Shown here: piece by piece, positions 59,793 to 64,000 of the stretch
Layout: each line of letters begins with the position of its first letter
Position numbering within the stretch: position 1 is the stretch's first letter
Origin: Oligoflexia bacterium
GTDB taxonomy: Bacteria > Bdellovibrionota > UBA1018
DNA length: 64,000 nucleotides
Direction of reading: 5' to 3'
Assembly (NCBI GenBank): GCA_963758495.1
Contig: CAVWVI010000003.1
Location: forward strand, 1,184,001-1,248,000
Notes under the pieces: generated by a model
The model's database searches: none
What the model saw: only the letters and a program-made list of their open reading frames with translations
What the model was told of the DNA's origin: nothing
Translations under genes and position numbers: made by a program

Positions 59793-60671
59793 TCAGCTAC
59801 TCCCCAAATGCTTTTTCATCAGCTCTTTGACATCATCTGCTAACTCCGGTCTTTTTAAAGCAAAAGCAAGAGTGGCATCTATAAATCCTAAACGATCACC
59901 CGTATCATAACGAGTGCCTTCAAATTGAAAGGCCAGAAGTTTTTCTTGCTGAGCAAGAAGTTGTAATCCATCTGTAAGCTGAATTTCACCTCCACTCCCT
60001 GGCCTAATTTTTCTAATGCACTCAAAAATATTTGAAGAAAGTACATACCTTCCAGGAATGGCAAAGGTAGAAGGCGTATCTTTGGGCGCGGGTTTTTCAA
60101 CAAGTTGACTGACATGCATCAACTTTGAGCTCAACATTTTTCCACCCACGATGCCATATTTACTGACATCATTTTTTTCTACCTTCATAATTCCCACAAC
60201 AGAAGCATTTTCCTTGTCATAAATATCAATCAACTGTTTGATACAAGGAACCTCTGAATCAATTAAATCATCTCCCAGCAGAACTGCAAAGGGCTCGTCC
60301 CCTATCATTGAAGCAGCGCATAAGACCGCATGACCCAGACCTAAAGGTTCTTTTTGCCTGATGGAAACCACATTGCACATTTTAGCAATGGATTTTGATA
60401 GCTTTGAAAGTTCCGTTTTTTGCTTCTTATCCAGACTCTCTTCGAGTTCATAATTATAATCGAAATGATTCTCAATGGCTTCTTTATGCCGAGCTGTTAT
60501 GAGAATGATCGTTTCGATTCCTGCCCGAACCGCTTCCTCCACGATATGCTGGATCATCGGAACATCTACAATAGGAATCATTTCTTTGGGTATTGCTTTA
60601 GTCGCAGGCAAAAATCGAGTTCCCAAGCCAGCGACTGGAATGACCGCTTTTCGAACTTTCAATTGAGACAT
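59793..60671 (-). CDS. galU: UTP--glucose-1-phosphate uridylyltransferase
   Basis: KAVIPVAGLGTRFLPATKAIPKEM, GLGHAV, VEKP, EIQLTD. Confidence 0.96.
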   Translation of the reverse strand: MSQLKVRKAVIPVAGLGTRFLPATKAIPKEMIPIVDVPMIQHIVEEAVRAGIETIILITARHKEAIENHFDYNYELEESLDKKQKTELSKLSKSIAKMCNVVSIRQKEPLGLGHAVLCAASMIGDEPFAVLLGDDLIDSEVPCIKQLIDIYDKENASVVGIMKVEKNDVSKYGIVGGKMLSSKLMHVSQLVEKPAPKDTPSTFAIPGRYVLSSNIFECIRKIRPGSGGEIQLTDGLQLLAQQEKLLAFQFEGTRYDTGDRLGFIDATLAFALKRPELADDVKELMKKHLGSS

Positions 60672-60717
60672 AACATGACCCTCCGGAAGTTCCCGGAGAG
60701 AGTGTGCTAAGAGACTC

Positions 60718-61092
60718 TCAATTACGCCCCGGGAAACGATGCTCCTCGGACTCTAGCTCGACTTTGCAATCGATGCAAAGAGTAGTAAATGGGAAGGCTT
60801 CAATTCGACCTTCCGAAATTGGCTCATCGCAGCGTTCACACTCACCAAAAGAACCACTATCTAACCGCTTAATGGCTTCGTCTATCTGCCAAAGAATATT
60901 ACGTTCGCGATTCTTCATTTGAAGAGTAAAACTCTTATCTGTATCAGCAGCAGCTTGATCAACTGTATCCGTATAGGTCGACTCATCATTAATCAACTGG
61001 ACTGTCGCTAGGCGTAAATCTTCTGCAAGCGCATTACGGCGAGCAGTCAACTGTTTACGATATACTTCAACCTTTTCCTTGCGTAATGCCAT
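60718..61092 (-). CDS. DksA/TraR family paralogue (third)
   Basis: DTVDQA tip, CERC...CIDC; start moved to MALRK. Confidence 0.87.
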   Translation of the reverse strand: MALRKEKVEVYRKQLTARRNALAEDLRLATVQLINDESTYTDTVDQAAADTDKSFTLQMKNRERNILWQIDEAIKRLDSGSFGECERCDEPISEGRIEAFPFTTLCIDCKVELESEEHRFPGRN

Positions 61093-61204
61093 AAGCGATG
61101 ACTCTTTAGCGGTATTCTCTATCAAAGTAAAGAGTAATTTTGACACTTCGCATTCAAACGGCTTTAAAGCTGATTATTGACCGATCTTGTGTCAATGTCT
61201 TCAT

Positions 61205-62083
61205 ATGTTTAAGTATATTATAGTGGTTACTTTATTTTTAAATCTCTACATGAGTTCTCCCCTTCAGGCATCCGATTTTCATTCGCCTCGAACGGAAGCT
61301 CTGGGCGGCGCCGGCCACGCCAGTCCCCTTCTCAATGACGCCATCTATCTCAATCCATCGTTTACATCTTTTAATCAAGTCCATAGCTTAAGCTTTAACT
61401 ATCTCACGTACGGAGATAGCACGATTACGACACCTGCCGGAACGAGTGATTATTACGGACATAATATCAATGCTTCAGTTTTAGATGGAACTCAAGAATC
61501 CATTTTTCAAGCAGGCGTAGGGTATACTCGAAGAGATGACAGCTCCTTGCTTCATTTAGGTGCTTCAAAGAATATCACTCAAAAGATGGGGGTAGGGATC
61601 GGCAGTAAATTTATTTTCCCCAATGACCCTGCAGCAAGCCGTATCTATGAAGCTTCGCTTTCTGTCTCAGGGATCTTAAGTACTTGGTTTCAAACTGCTC
61701 TTGTTGTTGATAATCTTCTGGAAACTGCCTCTAGCCGAGGTTTTTATCGCGAATTCACTCTAGGAACAAAATTTAACTTAAGCTCCATCATTTTGATTTA
61801 TATAGACCCCCTCTGGGTCCCCAACCTACCCGTCGATCAATCTACTAACCAAGCCACATGGGGCTTTGAAAGTGGTGTTGAATTTCCATTCTTCAGTGAG
61901 GTCTTCTTAAGAGTGGGAACCTTCAAAAATGCGACAGTTCCTTATCAAGCGCAAAGAGGAAATGGATATGGATTGGGGCTAGGATGGATGGGACCCAAAC
62001 TGTCTTTCGATTATAGTTTTTCACGAGTCATCACCCCGATCTCTACCTTGAGTCATAACTTTGGAATGTCCGTTTTCTTTTAA
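61205..62083 (+). CDS. Probable outer-membrane beta-barrel protein
   Basis: Signal peptide, R..ALGGA...D.AI..NP motif, alternating beta strands, terminal Phe; start moved to MFKYII. Confidence 0.65.
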   Translation: MFKYIIVVTLFLNLYMSSPLQASDFHSPRTEALGGAGHASPLLNDAIYLNPSFTSFNQVHSLSFNYLTYGDSTITTPAGTSDYYGHNINASVLDGTQESIFQAGVGYTRRDDSSLLHLGASKNITQKMGVGIGSKFIFPNDPAASRIYEASLSVSGILSTWFQTALVVDNLLETASSRGFYREFTLGTKFNLSSIILIYIDPLWVPNLPVDQSTNQATWGFESGVEFPFFSEVFLRVGTFKNATVPYQAQRGNGYGLGLGWMGPKLSFDYSFSRVITPISTLSHNFGMSVFF

Positions 62084-62094
62084 GGCGTTGAACC

Positions 62095-62886
62095 ATGATG
62101 CTACCCATTTCCGCTGCCATCATCACTCGAAATGAAGAATCAAAAATTGCACGTTGCCTCGCCTCATTAACCTGGGTAGACGAAATTATTGTCGTTGACG
62201 CGGAAAGTACAGATCAAACGCGAGCCATTTGCCAAGACCCTACCCAACCTTGGGCTTCAAAAGTTCGTGTCATTCAGAGACCCTGGACAGGATTTAAAGA
62301 TCAAAGAAATTTTGCAATGACTTCCACTCAACATGATTGGATCATTGTACTCGATGCGGATGAGGCCTGCACTCCAGAGCTAGCGCGGAAAATCCAAGCC
62401 CTCTTGAGTCATCCCAACGGTCCCAATAGAACTGCATACAAAATAAGAAGAGTTGAATATTTCCTAGGAAAACCCATCTTATATGGCATTTGGAATCCCA
62501 GTTACCAAGATCGTTTTTTCCATCGCAAAGGTGTTTATTACGTGAATGATATTCATGAATATCCGATTTTTCCGAATCTTCCCGGCGAAATACATGAACC
62601 CATTCTACACTCTCCTGACTTTAATGTGGAAAAGCTGTTAGACAAGATGAATAAATACACAAGCATTGAAGCAAAAGACCGATTTAATCAAGGCAAGCGG
62701 ACTAATTGGTTTCATCTTCTATTCACTTTTCCCGCACTCTCGCTTAAAAATTATTTTTACTATGAAGCATACAAAGATGGCATGCACGGCCTGATTCTCT
62801 CTTTAATCGAAGGAATTTCAAGATTAGTTCGTCATATCAAAATTTGGCAATTGACTCAGGAATCGAAACATAAGAATGCGCCTTAA
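62095..62886 (+). CDS. GT2 glycosyltransferase (LPS beta-glucosyltransferase-like)
   Basis: IITRNEE, IVVDAESTD, QRNFA, LDADE, IHE. Confidence 0.88.
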   Translation: MMLPISAAIITRNEESKIARCLASLTWVDEIIVVDAESTDQTRAICQDPTQPWASKVRVIQRPWTGFKDQRNFAMTSTQHDWIIVLDADEACTPELARKIQALLSHPNGPNRTAYKIRRVEYFLGKPILYGIWNPSYQDRFFHRKGVYYVNDIHEYPIFPNLPGEIHEPILHSPDFNVEKLLDKMNKYTSIEAKDRFNQGKRTNWFHLLFTFPALSLKNYFYYEAYKDGMHGLILSLIEGISRLVRHIKIWQLTQESKHKNAP

Positions 62887-63908
62887 AAGTCATACCCAAC
62901 ACTGAATGATGTAGATGATGACGTTACAGGAATATCACCCACCGTAATTGACAACTGAGAAATATCCAAATGAAGAGAAATGGAGTTACCCTCTGCATAG
63001 GAATGCGCATACGAAATACCCCCTGCAATTTCGCGATCGGACAAACTGGCAATATTAAACCCTTCCCCCACGGGTGAAAATTTTAAATACGCTGACAAAC
63101 TATTTGACCCAAAGAATGTGCTGACCACCGGAAAGAGCTGAGGCCCTGATAAGTTATTAAAACCAAAACTATTACCCGTAACAAACATAGTTGTATAATA
63201 CCCGCCCCCATAGAGAGCGATGCGCCAACTTGGATCCTGATAGAGCAGATATCCTACCTTTGCATTAAAACCCAAATATTTTACAGAAACATTATTGAAA
63301 CCAGAAGGCGCACGAGCCAATGTGCTAGATAATGCAAAAGCAGTAAAAAATGCATTGATTCCCAAATCAAACCGAGGTGGTTTCAAGTCCACTCGATACC
63401 CTAACTTGACGGTAGTGGCGATTTCAGAAAAATCTATCGATGTCCCTTCCGTATAGTGAAGCATTGAAATCCCTAACGAAGGAGAAAATGGATGAGACAT
63501 TTTCTTGGGCTCATCAATAAGCCGAATCATAATATATTCCGTCTCTACCTCTCCACGAAGTCCTATTGTATTCAACTCAATTCTAGCGGGTAGCCTAGAA
63601 ACTCCCCAACGCACTGAAAATGAATGATCGCTCGATTGCGTTGTATCCACTTTAGAAGTTTCAATGAGAAGGGTGGCATTTGGATTTGTGTAATTTCCTT
63701 TTAATTCAATAACGGTTTTTGCATTTGGAGAGACCCCTGAAGAATGTGGGTACACCTCAATTTTTGCGTTAGTTTCCAGTGTTAACTCGGAAATCCGTTT
63801 TGTACTCTCAGTGGCTCTCACAAGCTTAACAAATACAGTCTGTTCCCCACGGGCAACACTCGTCCAGAGAAGGCTCCCTACGATTAAGGTCCTCATCCCT
63901 AATTTCAT
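62883..63908 (-). CDS. Exported protein with probable C-terminal beta-barrel
   Basis: Signal-like N-terminus, amphipathic strands, ends FSVGYDF; start moved to MKLGMR. Confidence 0.6.
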   Translation of the reverse strand: MKLGMRTLIVGSLLWTSVARGEQTVFVKLVRATESTKRISELTLETNAKIEVYPHSSGVSPNAKTVIELKGNYTNPNATLLIETSKVDTTQSSDHSFSVRWGVSRLPARIELNTIGLRGEVETEYIMIRLIDEPKKMSHPFSPSLGISMLHYTEGTSIDFSEIATTVKLGYRVDLKPPRFDLGINAFFTAFALSSTLARAPSGFNNVSVKYLGFNAKVGYLLYQDPSWRIALYGGGYYTTMFVTGNSFGFNNLSGPQLFPVVSTFFGSNSLSAYLKFSPVGEGFNIASLSDREIAGGISYAHSYAEGNSISLHLDISQLSITVGDIPVTSSSTSFSVGYDF

Positions 63909-64000
63909 TAAATACTTGACGTTACACACTTTATAAATCAAATATTACTTAAATATATCAAATTACACAATATTACTTTAATCGTCAAATTATTAGCACT

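Overview
A largely housekeeping bacterial chromosomal segment, most consistent with a Bdellovibrionota/Oligoflexia-like organism. This taxon call is inferred from recR-mglA without mglB, three DksA/TraR paralogues, and PilZ and Flp-like genes. The core is a minus-strand dcw cluster (rsmH, ftsL, ftsI, murE, mraY, murD, ftsW, murG, murC, murB, ftsQ, ftsA, ftsZ) that is interrupted twice by accessory DNA. Other core genes are dnaX-recR-mglA, mltG, mreB, rlmE, hutHI, rpe, fmt-def, lepB, priA and galU. The accessory DNA comprises: (i) a DinJ-YafQ pair with a Phd-type remnant; (ii) an Xre/RES pair next to a Fic gene bracketed by two ~417-bp direct repeats; (iii) a tandemly duplicated locus encoding two signal-peptide, papain-like protease, ankyrin-repeat proteins whose variation concentrates at DARPin-type binding positions and around the protease specificity pocket, with an AAA/DUF4143 ATPase between them; (iv) a secreted Hanks-type kinase with a WNK-like lysine arrangement. 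Non-coding signals include palindromic operators, a sigma54 promoter, a GGA-hairpin (Csr/Rsm-like) 3' region, a long REP-like hairpin and many apparently leaderless promoters. I saw no rRNA, tRNA, CRISPR array, integrase, transposase or reverse transcriptase. All calls come from reading motifs by eye; no searches were run. Where I moved a start codon from the ORF track, the evidence field says so.
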